Below, piece by piece: positions 23,533-32,000 of a DNA stretch of 32,000 nucleotides (positions are counted from its first letter, which is position 1; the number at the start of each line of letters is the position of its first letter). The notes below the pieces were generated by a model that worked only from the letters and a program-made list of their open reading frames with translations, made no database searches and was not told the DNA's origin. This stretch comes from Candidatus Electronema halotolerans. Its GTDB lineage: Bacteria; Desulfobacterota; Desulfobulbia; Desulfobulbales; Desulfobulbaceae. The stretch spans positions 270,001 through 302,000 of the forward strand of contig OW818675.1 of the NCBI GenBank assembly GCA_942493095.1, in the 5' to 3' direction. The translations under genes were made by a program, and so were the position numbers.

Positions 23533-24297
23533 TCAAAGGGAAAGAAAATCCCGCAGCGTTCCAGCTTGCTCCGCGCTGCGCATCAGGCTTTCGCCGATCA
23601 GGGCGGCCTTGACCCCTGCCTCCTTGAGGCGGAGCATGTCCTCGCGGCTGGCAATGCCGGACTCGCTGACCACGGGAATTTCCACTGGAATGAGCCGCTT
23701 GAGACGGAAGGTGGTCTCCAAGCTGACCGTGAAGTCCTTGAGATTGCGGTTGTTGATGCCGACCAAGCGCACCCCGGCGGCAAGAGTTTTTTCCAGCTCA
23801 ACCTCGTCATGGACCTCAATCAGCACATCCATGCCCGCCTCTTCCGCTTGCAGACGCAAGTCCTCCATCTCGCCGCGCTCCAAGAGGGCGGCAATGAGCA
23901 GAACCGCATCGGCACCGTAAGCCGCAGCCTCGTCAATCTGGATTGAATCAAGGATGAAATCCTTGCGCAGCACTGGCAGGGCGACTGTGCTTCTGACCAA
24001 GGGAATGTAGTCAATTGCCCCTTGGAAAAAATCCCTGTCGGTCAGCACGGACATGGCCTGCGCCCCGCCTGCCGCATAGTTGCGGGCGATTTCCTGCGGA
24101 TCAAAATCAGGACGGATCACGCCTTTGGACGGCGAGGCCTTCTTCGCCTCAGCAATGATGGCCACGCCGGGCGCATCTATCAGAGCCTGCATGAAGCCGC
24201 GTGGCGGCGGCACTGCCATTTCCGGTGCCCGGATGCCGTCCCGTTTCAGAACCGCAATTTCTTCCCGCTTGCGGGCGGCGATGGTGTCGAGAATCAT
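23533..24297 (-). CDS. trpC: indole-3-glycerol phosphate synthase
   Basis: IIAEAKKASPSKGVIRPDFDP, SVLTDRDFFQG, VLRKDFILD, GINNRNLKDF, VSESGI, ALIGESLMR. Confidence 0.95.
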   Translation of the reverse strand: MILDTIAARKREEIAVLKRDGIRAPEMAVPPPRGFMQALIDAPGVAIIAEAKKASPSKGVIRPDFDPQEIARNYAAGGAQAMSVLTDRDFFQGAIDYIPLVRSTVALPVLRKDFILDSIQIDEAAAYGADAVLLIAALLERGEMEDLRLQAEEAGMDVLIEVHDEVELEKTLAAGVRLVGINNRNLKDFTVSLETTFRLKRLIPVEIPVVSESGIASREDMLRLKEAGVKAALIGESLMRSAEQAGTLRDFLSL

Positions 24298-24299
24298 GG

Positions 24300-26858
24300 C
24301 TACACGGACTGCTGCTTCTTCAGGGTCAGCAGCGGGCTGGCAACAAAGATGGAGGAATAGGTGCCCACCAGAATGCCGGCCAGCAACGCAAAGGAGAAAT
24401 CATGAATCACTGCGCCGCCAAAGAAAAAGAGGGCTGTCAAGGAAAGCAGGGTGGTCAGGGCAGTGATGACGCTCCGGCCCAAGGTGTCGTTAATGCTGAC
24501 ATTGATGATCTCGAACAGGTTCTTTTCGTGCAGCTTGCCCAAATTTTCCCGGATGCGGTCAAACGTGACCACCGTGTCGTTGAGGGAATAGCCTGCCAAG
24601 GTCAGCAGGGCTGTAATCAGGAGCAGATTGATCTCAACGTTGAATATCCAGCAGATGCCCAGCACAGCCAGCACGTCATGATAGGTGGCGGCGGCGGCGG
24701 CCACGGCAAAGCTGAAATTGAAGCGGATGCCGAGATAGAGGAGAATGCCGAGCATGGACAGGGCAATGGCGATGATCGCCTCGTTGCGCAGCACATCAGA
24801 GACTGAGGAGCCGATTTCAGACTGGCTCTCCAAGGTGAAGGAGCCGCCCGTGCTTTTATTCAAAACTGCGGTGATATCTTCGGCAAGATGACCAACTGTG
24901 TCTTCTGACTTCTTAATCTTGACCATGAGCCGGTTTTCGTTGCTGACCTGCTGCAGGTCGGCATTGTAGCCGCCTTGCTCCAGCGCGGAACGCACCTGAT
25001 TCAGTTGGAACGACTTTTCTGTCTTGTACTGCAGCAACGAGCCGCCAGTGAAGTCAACGCCCAGATTGGCATCGCCGCGCAGAATTTCAACAAAGGAAAG
25101 CATGCCGAAAAGCACCAAGGCGGCAGAGATGGCAAAGGCGAATTTCCGCACTGCCATGAAGTCAAAGCGCGGATTTTTGAAAAACTGCATGAACTTCAGC
25201 TCGCGCAGGCTGCGTCGGACATAAAGCCAGTCATAGACCAGACGGGTGCAGAACAGGGCGGTGAAGAGGTTGAAGATGATGCCCAGCGACAGAGTGACGG
25301 CAAAGCCCTTGACCGGCCCGGTCCCGAAAAGAAAGAGCACCAAGGCGGTGATCAGGGTGGTGACCTGCGAGTCAACAATGGAGGAAAAGGCGTTGTCAAA
25401 GCCAGCGTCAACCGAGGAGCGGACTGACTTGCCCAAGGTGAACTCCTCCCGTATCCGTTCGTAAATCAGCACGTTGGCATCAACAGCCATGCCAATGGTG
25501 AGAATGATGCCCGCAATGCCCGGCAGGGTCAGGGTGGTGCCGAACATGGCCAGGCCGGCAAAAAGGAAGAGGATGTTCAGGAGCATGGCCATATCAGCGA
25601 TCACCCCGGAAAGCCGGTAATAGACGATCATGAAGACCAGCACCAGCAGCGCGCCGGACAGTCCGGCAGTCAGGCTCTGGTTGATTGAGTCGCGGCCCAG
25701 GCTGGCTCCCACGGTCATGTTCTGGATGATCTCCACTGGCGCAGGCAGCGCGCCTGCCCGCAGGACAATGGCCAAGTCAGCAGCTTCCTCAGTGGTGAAC
25801 CTGCCGGAAATCTGGGCCGAGCCGCCAAGAATTTTTTCCCGGATCACTGGAGCCGAGCGGACAACGCCGTCAAGAATGATGGCAAAGCGCTTATGGACAT
25901 TCTTCTCGGTGATCTCGCCGAAAATTCTGCCGCCCCGGTTGGTCAGCTCCAAGCTGACAACAGGTTCATTAAAGGTGCCGCCATAACCGACCCGGGCGTT
26001 CTTCACCATCTCGCCAGTCATCATGACCCGGCTTTGCAGCAGCATGGGCACCTTGCGCTCGCGACCGGTCTGCCCGTCAACGACCCGTTCAAAGGCGATT
26101 TCCGTGCCTTTGGGCAGACTGTTCTGCAACGCTAAATTGAGCTGGCGGACGCTGCCGCCCTCGCGCCACTGTCCGTTCGTCACGGCCTGATCAATCAGCT
26201 TGCGCAGCTCAACGCCGGAATCCTCAGCCACCATTTTAAATTCAAGCTGGGCTGTCCTGCCGATCAGATCAATGGCCCGCTTGGGATCTTTCACGCCTGG
26301 CAGCTGAACCACGATCTCATCGTCGCCTTGGCGGACGATCACTGGTTCAGCCACGCCGAACTGATCAATCCGATTGCGGATGATCTCCAGCGACTGGGCC
26401 ACGGCATTGGTGCGGATGAAATCCACCTCCTTCTTGGTCAGCCTGAGCATGATGCGGGGAAAGCTGCCCGCAGCCGCCTCGACCTGAATCTCCAAGTTGG
26501 GAAAGGTCTCTTCAAGCTGATTGACCGTATCCACGGCTCCGGTGTTGGGCAGGGTGAGAATGATCTGCTCAGGATCAGGAGAGTCCATCTGCACGGCATG
26601 GATGTTCTTGTCTGCGAGCGCGTCTTTCAAATCTGTGGCAGCCAGCTCCAGAGAATTTTTCAGAGCCTTGTCCAAGTCCGCCCGCAGGACCAAGTGCATG
26701 CCGCCTTGGAGATCAAGACCGAGCTGCATGCCTCTGGGAGCCAAATACATTTTCCACCAGTCCGGCAGGTCCTTGTAAAAGGAGGGCAGGATGGTCATGA
26801 CCGAAAAGAGAACAGCGGCGCAGACTAAGCCGATTTTCAGTTTCAACGAGTTGTTCAT
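24300..26858 (-). CDS. secD/secF: SecD-SecF fusion protein translocase
   Basis: GLDLQGGMHLVLR, FGVAEPVIVRQG, QNMTVGASLG, GIAGIILTIGMAVDANVLIYERIREE, then SecF-like DFTGGSLLQ and SLNDTVVTFDRIREN. Start trimmed to MNNSLKLK. Confidence 0.93.
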   Translation of the reverse strand: MNNSLKLKIGLVCAAVLFSVMTILPSFYKDLPDWWKMYLAPRGMQLGLDLQGGMHLVLRADLDKALKNSLELAATDLKDALADKNIHAVQMDSPDPEQIILTLPNTGAVDTVNQLEETFPNLEIQVEAAAGSFPRIMLRLTKKEVDFIRTNAVAQSLEIIRNRIDQFGVAEPVIVRQGDDEIVVQLPGVKDPKRAIDLIGRTAQLEFKMVAEDSGVELRKLIDQAVTNGQWREGGSVRQLNLALQNSLPKGTEIAFERVVDGQTGRERKVPMLLQSRVMMTGEMVKNARVGYGGTFNEPVVSLELTNRGGRIFGEITEKNVHKRFAIILDGVVRSAPVIREKILGGSAQISGRFTTEEAADLAIVLRAGALPAPVEIIQNMTVGASLGRDSINQSLTAGLSGALLVLVFMIVYYRLSGVIADMAMLLNILFLFAGLAMFGTTLTLPGIAGIILTIGMAVDANVLIYERIREEFTLGKSVRSSVDAGFDNAFSSIVDSQVTTLITALVLFLFGTGPVKGFAVTLSLGIIFNLFTALFCTRLVYDWLYVRRSLRELKFMQFFKNPRFDFMAVRKFAFAISAALVLFGMLSFVEILRGDANLGVDFTGGSLLQYKTEKSFQLNQVRSALEQGGYNADLQQVSNENRLMVKIKKSEDTVGHLAEDITAVLNKSTGGSFTLESQSEIGSSVSDVLRNEAIIAIALSMLGILLYLGIRFNFSFAVAAAAATYHDVLAVLGICWIFNVEINLLLITALLTLAGYSLNDTVVTFDRIRENLGKLHEKNLFEIINVSINDTLGRSVITALTTLLSLTALFFFGGAVIHDFSFALLAGILVGTYSSIFVASPLLTLKKQQSV

Positions 26859-26983
26859 AATATCTTTTCCTGATAAGGGAGCAGTTGCGGCGGCGCACTG
26901 CCGCTTGCGAAGCGGCACTTGATGAAAAAAGTTGAACTATACGCCGGAATCGGCGTTCCTGCAACACGGCAGAAACGGATTTT

Positions 26984-27757
26984 TCATCTTTTTTCCTCAA
27001 GCGGCCCTTTCCGGTTGATGGCGGCGGCCATGCAGGCTGCGCCAAAGCCGTTGTCAATATTGACCACTGCCAAGCCAGGGGCGCAGCTGTTGAGCATGCC
27101 GAGCAGGGCGGCAAAACCGCCTGCGCCTGCGCCATAGCCCACTGAGGTTGGCACTGCGACCACCGGGGCTGGACTCAGGCCGGCAACCACTGAAGGCAGC
27201 GCCCCTTCCATGCCGGCGACCACAATCAGCACCGAGGCCTGCTGCAGCAGCTCGCAATGGGCAAGAATGCGGTGCAGTCCGGCCACGCCCGCATCATAGA
27301 TTGTTGCCGTCTCATGGCCGAAATGCTCCAGACAGAGCCGGGCCTCCTCAGCTACAGGCAGATCAGACGTGCCTGCGGTGACTACCGCCACCGTGCCTCT
27401 GCCAATATTCTGCGGAATGTGCTGCTCATTGCCGGTCAGCAGGCGGGCTGTTTCATGATAGCGCAGCCCGCTGACGCAGGCGCAGACATCCGCTGCCTTA
27501 GCCGGATCAATGCGGGTGGCAATGACCGGCATTTCCTGCCGAAGCATGGCAGTCAGAATTTCGATGAGCTGGCCGACGGTCTTGTTTTCACCGAACACCG
27601 CTTCCGGCAGACCGGTGCGCAGCAGCCGCTGATGATCGAGACGGGCGGTGTCCAGCACCTCTGTTTCCAGCCGCCGCAGCCGGGCCAAAACTTGCTCCGG
27701 GCTGGCTGTTCCGCGCCGCACCTGCTGCAAGAGTGAAAAAAGCTGTTGTTCATTCAT
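26984..27757 (-). CDS. larB: LarB (pyridinium-3,5-biscarboxylic acid mononucleotide synthase), PurE-like
   Basis: VAVVTAGTSDLPVAEEA, DAGVAGLHRI, VVAGMEGALPSVVAGL, PTSVGYGAGAGGFAALLGMLNSCAPGLAVVNIDNGFGA. Confidence 0.93.
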   Translation of the reverse strand: MNEQQLFSLLQQVRRGTASPEQVLARLRRLETEVLDTARLDHQRLLRTGLPEAVFGENKTVGQLIEILTAMLRQEMPVIATRIDPAKAADVCACVSGLRYHETARLLTGNEQHIPQNIGRGTVAVVTAGTSDLPVAEEARLCLEHFGHETATIYDAGVAGLHRILAHCELLQQASVLIVVAGMEGALPSVVAGLSPAPVVAVPTSVGYGAGAGGFAALLGMLNSCAPGLAVVNIDNGFGAACMAAAINRKGPLEEKR

Positions 27758-27894
27758 CCGCTGCGCAGGATAATAGAAGAAAGGAGGAGTTGCATGAAGC
27801 GCCGCAGACTGACCTGAGACCGTTTCTGCCGCCTGCTGGAAAACAGGCGCAGTCTGCGGGATTTTTTCATTTTCTCCAGCCGCATCCTTGAATC

Positions 27895-30800
27895 ATGAAA
27901 CTATTCGCTGAAGAGAACATTGGCAAGCTGATCATTCTCAACTCCAGTCTGGTCGGCCTGCTGATGTGGCTTGGCATTGTCGCGCACACCTTCTGGGACT
28001 CTGAGGTCAACCTGAAAATGGAGCTGGATCACTTGGAAAAGGAGCGGATCGATGCCAAAAAGAGCAGCGTTTCCGACTCGGTTGACGAGCTGATTCAAAG
28101 CATTGAAGTGCGGCGGCAGATGTCGATGAACAGGCTGCATCATAATCTGGAAAGCCAGGTGCTCCAGATTCACGCCATGATGACCCATCTGTATGAGAAA
28201 AACAAGGACAGAATGAAGGGGGCCGAGCTGAAGGATCTTTTGGTCGAGGCGGTGCGGCCTTTCAAATTCAGCAGCGGCCAGAGCTGGTTTTTCATCCGCT
28301 CCTTGGACGGCATCACCAAGCTCTGGCCGCCTGATCCTGATCTGGAAGGGCGCAGCATTTACGAAAACAGCAACGAGAACAAGGTGCATGCCTTCAATGG
28401 CATGGCTGATATCGCCAAGCAGGGCGGCGGTTTTTATGAATATTTCTGGCCCAAGCCCGGAGACGGCCAGAAGCTGCATCAGGCGGCGGCCTATCTGACC
28501 TTTTTTGCTCCCTTCAACTGGTATGTGGGCACTGCCGAATATTTGGACGAGCTTGAACACGACACTCAGCTTCAGTTTCAGGCCGCTGTCAGCCGCCATG
28601 CCGGACGCACTGAGGATGAATATCTGCAAATTATCGATTTGAACGGCATTGACAAGGCCGTCAACGAAGGCAGCCCTCTGAGCAAGCTGCTGCGCAGCGG
28701 CTATCAGGACCCGGAGGCCAAGCGGATCAAGGAGTCCCTCCTCTCCGGCCTCAAGCATGGCGGCGAGATTTTTGTCAAGTATCAGGACCGAAAGCCGGGC
28801 ACGAATCAGCTTGTTTATAAGATGACCTATTTCCGGCTTTATGACAAATGGAACTGGCTGATCGCCGCCGGTTTTGACTACAATGACCTTGAAGACCTGA
28901 TTCAGGTGAAAAAACAGGAGCATCAGCGGCTCTTTCAAGAAAAGCTGCGCATTTCGTTAGCTATTTTCTGTTTCATTCTCTTGGGTGCGCTCTGCATTTC
29001 CCTGCTCTTCGCCCATAAGGTGCGGATGCTTTTCTTCTCCTACCGGCAGCGGCTGGAGGCCTCCAACAAAGAGCTGGTCAAGGCGATAGATGATGCCCGC
29101 ACCGCCACGCTTGCCAAATCAGAATTTCTTGCTAAGATGAGCCATGAAATCCGCACGCCCATGCACGGCATCATTGGCTTGGCTGAACTGACGCTGGAGA
29201 CGGAGATGTCAAAGCAGCAGGCAGACTATATGCGGAAAATTCTCTATTCTTCCAGGAGCCTTGAGGTGATTCTCAATGATGTTCTTGATTTTTCCAAGAT
29301 TGAGGCCGGAATGATGAGGATTGAGCAGGTTCCCTTCAATCTTCCTGATCTTTTTGACAAGCTCGTGCTGATGTTCAGTGAGCACAGCCGAAGGAAGAAT
29401 ATTGCTCTCTCTCTTTCTCTGTCGCCTGATCTGCCGCAGCAGGTGGTCGGCGATCCCGTGCGCCTGCATCAGGTGCTGGCCAATCTGATCGGCAATGCGG
29501 TCAAATTCACGGAAGCCGGACAAATCATGGTCCGGGTCGCAACAGCCCGGCGGAGTGACGAGCAGGTGGAAATCAATTTTTCTGTGCAGGACACCGGCAT
29601 CGGCATTTCCCCAGACCAGCTTCCCCAGCTTTTTGAATCGTTCAAGCAGGCTGACAACTCAACCGCGAGAAAATACGGCGGCACGGGCCTTGGCCTGACC
29701 ATCAGCAAAAATCTTGTCGATTTGATGGGCGGCGACCTGACTGTGGCAAGCGAGGCCGGAGTCGGCAGCACCTTTTCCTGCTCGCTGCTTTTCCAGCTTC
29801 CTGCGCAGCAGAACAGCGGTCTTGCCGCCGACTCTGCCGACATGACCGTCTCAGCCATGCGACGGATCAGAGGAGCGCGCATTCTCTTGGTTGAGGACAA
29901 TCTCATCAATCAGCAGGTGGCGCAGGAGATTCTTGCTAAAGCTGACCTGCGGGTCAGGACGGTCAGCAATGGCTCAGAGGCGGTGGCGGCAGTGGCGGCA
30001 GAGGATTTTGACGCAGTGCTGATGGATATTCAGATGCCGGTCATGGACGGGTATGAGGCGACCCGGAAAATCCGGCAGGAGCTGGGCAGAACTGAACTGC
30101 CGATTCTGGCCATGACCGCTCATGCGGTGAGCGAGGAGCGGGACAGATGCTTCCGCATGGGCATGGATGATCATATTGCCAAACCGGTCAGCCGCAGCAT
30201 GCTGTTCAAGGTTCTGGCCAGATGGATACGACGGCCTCAGCCTGCTGCGGAACAGGCAGAGCCGCAGCTTCCTGCCAAAAGCTGCGGCCCTTCCTGCCTC
30301 AGCGCGCTGTTCCTGGAGGACAGGAAAAACGGTGCTCAGGCTGTCGAGCTTGATCTGGCCGGTGGGATGGAACGGCTGGAAGGCAATAAGAACCTGTACG
30401 TGAAGCTGCTCAAGAACTTCTGCCAAGAGCAGGAAAACATCGAGGCCCGGACTGAAGAGCTGCTGCGGACAAACAGTGTTGAGGCGGCTGTCTGTTCGGC
30501 CCACAGTTTGAAAGGCGTGGCTGGCAATATTGGCCTGCCCGGAGTGCAAAAAATGGCGGCCAAGGCTGAAGAAGCCTTGCGGGCTGGCTGGACAGCGGAA
30601 TCACAGGCACAACTGCGTCAGTTGGCCAGGCAGGTGCGGCAAACGGTTGATCATCTCAGCAGCCGTCTCAGCCCGGCGGAGAACAGCGAGGAGGAACAGG
30701 AAGTTCCAGAGAATTTTGACCGGCAGGCCTCCTTGCAGACTCTTCAGCAACTTGCCGCCCTGCTGGAGCAGGCAGACTACTCCTCGCTCCAGTTTCTTGA

Positions 30801-30966
30801 AGAACATAAAAGCATGATCCGACCGCTGATGAGCAGGCAGCATTTTCTTCGTCTGCTCCATTGCATCGAAGGCTTCAGCTTTGAACAGGCCTTGACAGTG
30901 ATCAAGGCCAAACTGCGGCAAGAGGAGCACGATGACTGCGCCGTCAGCTTGGAGGCTGCGGTCTGA
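27895..30966 (+). CDS. hybrid sensor histidine kinase (Cache sensor, HisKA, HATPase, REC, Hpt)
   Basis: Periplasmic Cache-like region (SWFFIRSLDG, FYEYFWPKPG), HisKA FLAKMSHEIRTPMHGIIGL, HATPase GTGLGLTIS, REC LLVEDNLINQQVA, Hpt AHSLKGVAGNIG. Confidence 0.95.
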   Translation: MKLFAEENIGKLIILNSSLVGLLMWLGIVAHTFWDSEVNLKMELDHLEKERIDAKKSSVSDSVDELIQSIEVRRQMSMNRLHHNLESQVLQIHAMMTHLYEKNKDRMKGAELKDLLVEAVRPFKFSSGQSWFFIRSLDGITKLWPPDPDLEGRSIYENSNENKVHAFNGMADIAKQGGGFYEYFWPKPGDGQKLHQAAAYLTFFAPFNWYVGTAEYLDELEHDTQLQFQAAVSRHAGRTEDEYLQIIDLNGIDKAVNEGSPLSKLLRSGYQDPEAKRIKESLLSGLKHGGEIFVKYQDRKPGTNQLVYKMTYFRLYDKWNWLIAAGFDYNDLEDLIQVKKQEHQRLFQEKLRISLAIFCFILLGALCISLLFAHKVRMLFFSYRQRLEASNKELVKAIDDARTATLAKSEFLAKMSHEIRTPMHGIIGLAELTLETEMSKQQADYMRKILYSSRSLEVILNDVLDFSKIEAGMMRIEQVPFNLPDLFDKLVLMFSEHSRRKNIALSLSLSPDLPQQVVGDPVRLHQVLANLIGNAVKFTEAGQIMVRVATARRSDEQVEINFSVQDTGIGISPDQLPQLFESFKQADNSTARKYGGTGLGLTISKNLVDLMGGDLTVASEAGVGSTFSCSLLFQLPAQQNSGLAADSADMTVSAMRRIRGARILLVEDNLINQQVAQEILAKADLRVRTVSNGSEAVAAVAAEDFDAVLMDIQMPVMDGYEATRKIRQELGRTELPILAMTAHAVSEERDRCFRMGMDDHIAKPVSRSMLFKVLARWIRRPQPAAEQAEPQLPAKSCGPSCLSALFLEDRKNGAQAVELDLAGGMERLEGNKNLYVKLLKNFCQEQENIEARTEELLRTNSVEAAVCSAHSLKGVAGNIGLPGVQKMAAKAEEALRAGWTAESQAQLRQLARQVRQTVDHLSSRLSPAENSEEEQEVPENFDRQASLQTLQQLAALLEQADYSSLQFLEEHKSMIRPLMSRQHFLRLLHCIEGFSFEQALTVIKAKLRQEEHDDCAVSLEAAV

Positions 30967-31011
30967 TGATTCGGCAATTTCTCAGCAGAAAATGGCGGAG
31001 ACAGCACTGCC

Positions 31012-31872
31012 TCAGCCCAGCTTGGCAGACAGTTTCGGCACCGTGTAAGGCACTTGCAGATACTCAAGAACCTTGGCGGCCTTGGGCTGCCCGTGCTGGC
31101 GGAGCAGGCGTGAAAAGTTGATGCTGACACCAAAGTAAAAATCTCTTTCTTTGTTAAGCTCCGGCGTGTCATAGCCGCGTGTGTAGTAGCCGCCGTGCAG
31201 TTCAAGCCAGTCAAGCCACGTGTCTTGCAGGCTGTCAAAACCGTCTAATTTGACCACCATTGCATAATACATGTTGGAGTAGTCATCAAAAAGACCTTTG
31301 ATTGGCGCATTGAAGGCGTATTCAACCCGGAAGTCGATCTTGCGGTCCAAGGCCGGATAATGCTCCATCAGCACGCTGGTCAACATGCCGACCGTGTTCA
31401 TGGTCATGTCGCCCCAGTCAAAGCCCTGGGTTTCGCTGGTCGCATCATCCAGCTCCATGATCGTCTGGACTGTCCATGAAGACAAGGCAGCATAGGTGTT
31501 AGCTCGTTGCCCATCATAGCCCCAATGTTTATACAGCCCGGTGAGCGCATCAGACAGGGCGTAGGTTGACCAAAAATGCCCCATCTTGTCTGCGCCGCCG
31601 TACTTTGCGTCTTTCTCAAACCAGCCTTCGTTGGCCCAGTGAAACTGGGCCGAGCCATAGTCCCAGTCGGCAAAGCCGTACAGGGTGATGAAGGATGCGG
31701 CGGCGATGTTGGTGTACAGGACTTTCTTCTCCTTGGGCAGACTGCACCACCAGCCCGCATCAGGACTGGAGCCGGGTGCGGCAGAGCTGGTTATCGGCCC
31801 GCTCTGACTGAAGGCGGAGCTGGCAAGCAGCGGACTGAGGAGGAAAAGAAACGTCAGAGCGGGCAATTTCAT
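31012..31872 (-). CDS. DUF2279-like envelope protein
   Basis: Signal peptide MKLPALTFLFLLSPLLASSAFS; GGADKMGHFWSTYALSDAL...QGFDWGDMTMNTVGM pattern. Confidence 0.7.
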   Translation of the reverse strand: MKLPALTFLFLLSPLLASSAFSQSGPITSSAAPGSSPDAGWWCSLPKEKKVLYTNIAAASFITLYGFADWDYGSAQFHWANEGWFEKDAKYGGADKMGHFWSTYALSDALTGLYKHWGYDGQRANTYAALSSWTVQTIMELDDATSETQGFDWGDMTMNTVGMLTSVLMEHYPALDRKIDFRVEYAFNAPIKGLFDDYSNMYYAMVVKLDGFDSLQDTWLDWLELHGGYYTRGYDTPELNKERDFYFGVSINFSRLLRQHGQPKAAKVLEYLQVPYTVPKLSAKLG

Positions 31873-32000
31873 GTTCTGCTCTCCAAGAGGCAAAGTTTTG
31901 CAATCAGCTTTTCAGCAAGGTACCCTGCCTGATAAAAAAAATCAATACAGACCAAAGAAGGCAGCCCGCAGCCGTCCCTCTGATTCCCGACTGCATGAGA

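Noticed and set aside
26919-27137. 72-aa plus-strand ORF between secDF and larB
   Set aside because: No SD evidence, mostly antisense to larB and compositionally unconvincing.

Overview
This 32 kb bacterial window is gene-dense and mostly chromosomal housekeeping or envelope content. The gene content suggests a Desulfobacterota-like host, but I cannot assign taxonomy. Left block (about 1-7.5 kb): small secreted proteins rich in Tyr/Asn/Gly, three consecutive genes with DUF5666-like domains (four domain copies), a small b-type cytochrome, and an OmpR-family response regulator plus sensor kinase pair. Middle: moeB/thiF-like and thiS-like genes, alpha-carbonic anhydrase, gap, dsbD, a Cys-rich protein, an OmpW-like porin, a divergent biotin carboxylase, and an unusual alpha-beta fused carboxyltransferase. 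Then tRNA-Lys(CTT), a VapBC-like toxin-antitoxin pair flanked by related hairpin repeats, dnaX, ybaB, trpF, trpC, a secD-secF fusion, larB, a large Cache-domain hybrid histidine kinase, and a DUF2279-like protein. The strongest observations are: (1) a 33-bp regulatory architecture, TTMATC-N5-TTMATC-N10-TAnnnT, found five times with identical spacing in front of the small secreted and DUF5666 genes, next to an OmpR/PmrA-type two-component system, which suggests an undescribed envelope regulon; (2) a run of 10 A in dnaX placed so that loss of one A gives an immediate stop, a likely tau/gamma switch; (3) a 148-bp sequence bounded by perfect 21-bp inverted repeats, adjoining a truncated Uma2-like endonuclease remnant upstream of dnaX; (4) an alpha-before-beta acetyl-CoA carboxylase carboxyltransferase fusion with a variant zinc ribbon; (5) a fossil 12-residue signal-peptide ORF with its own intact promoter box inside the repeat-protein array. 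No CRISPR array, rRNA or complete transposase was seen.
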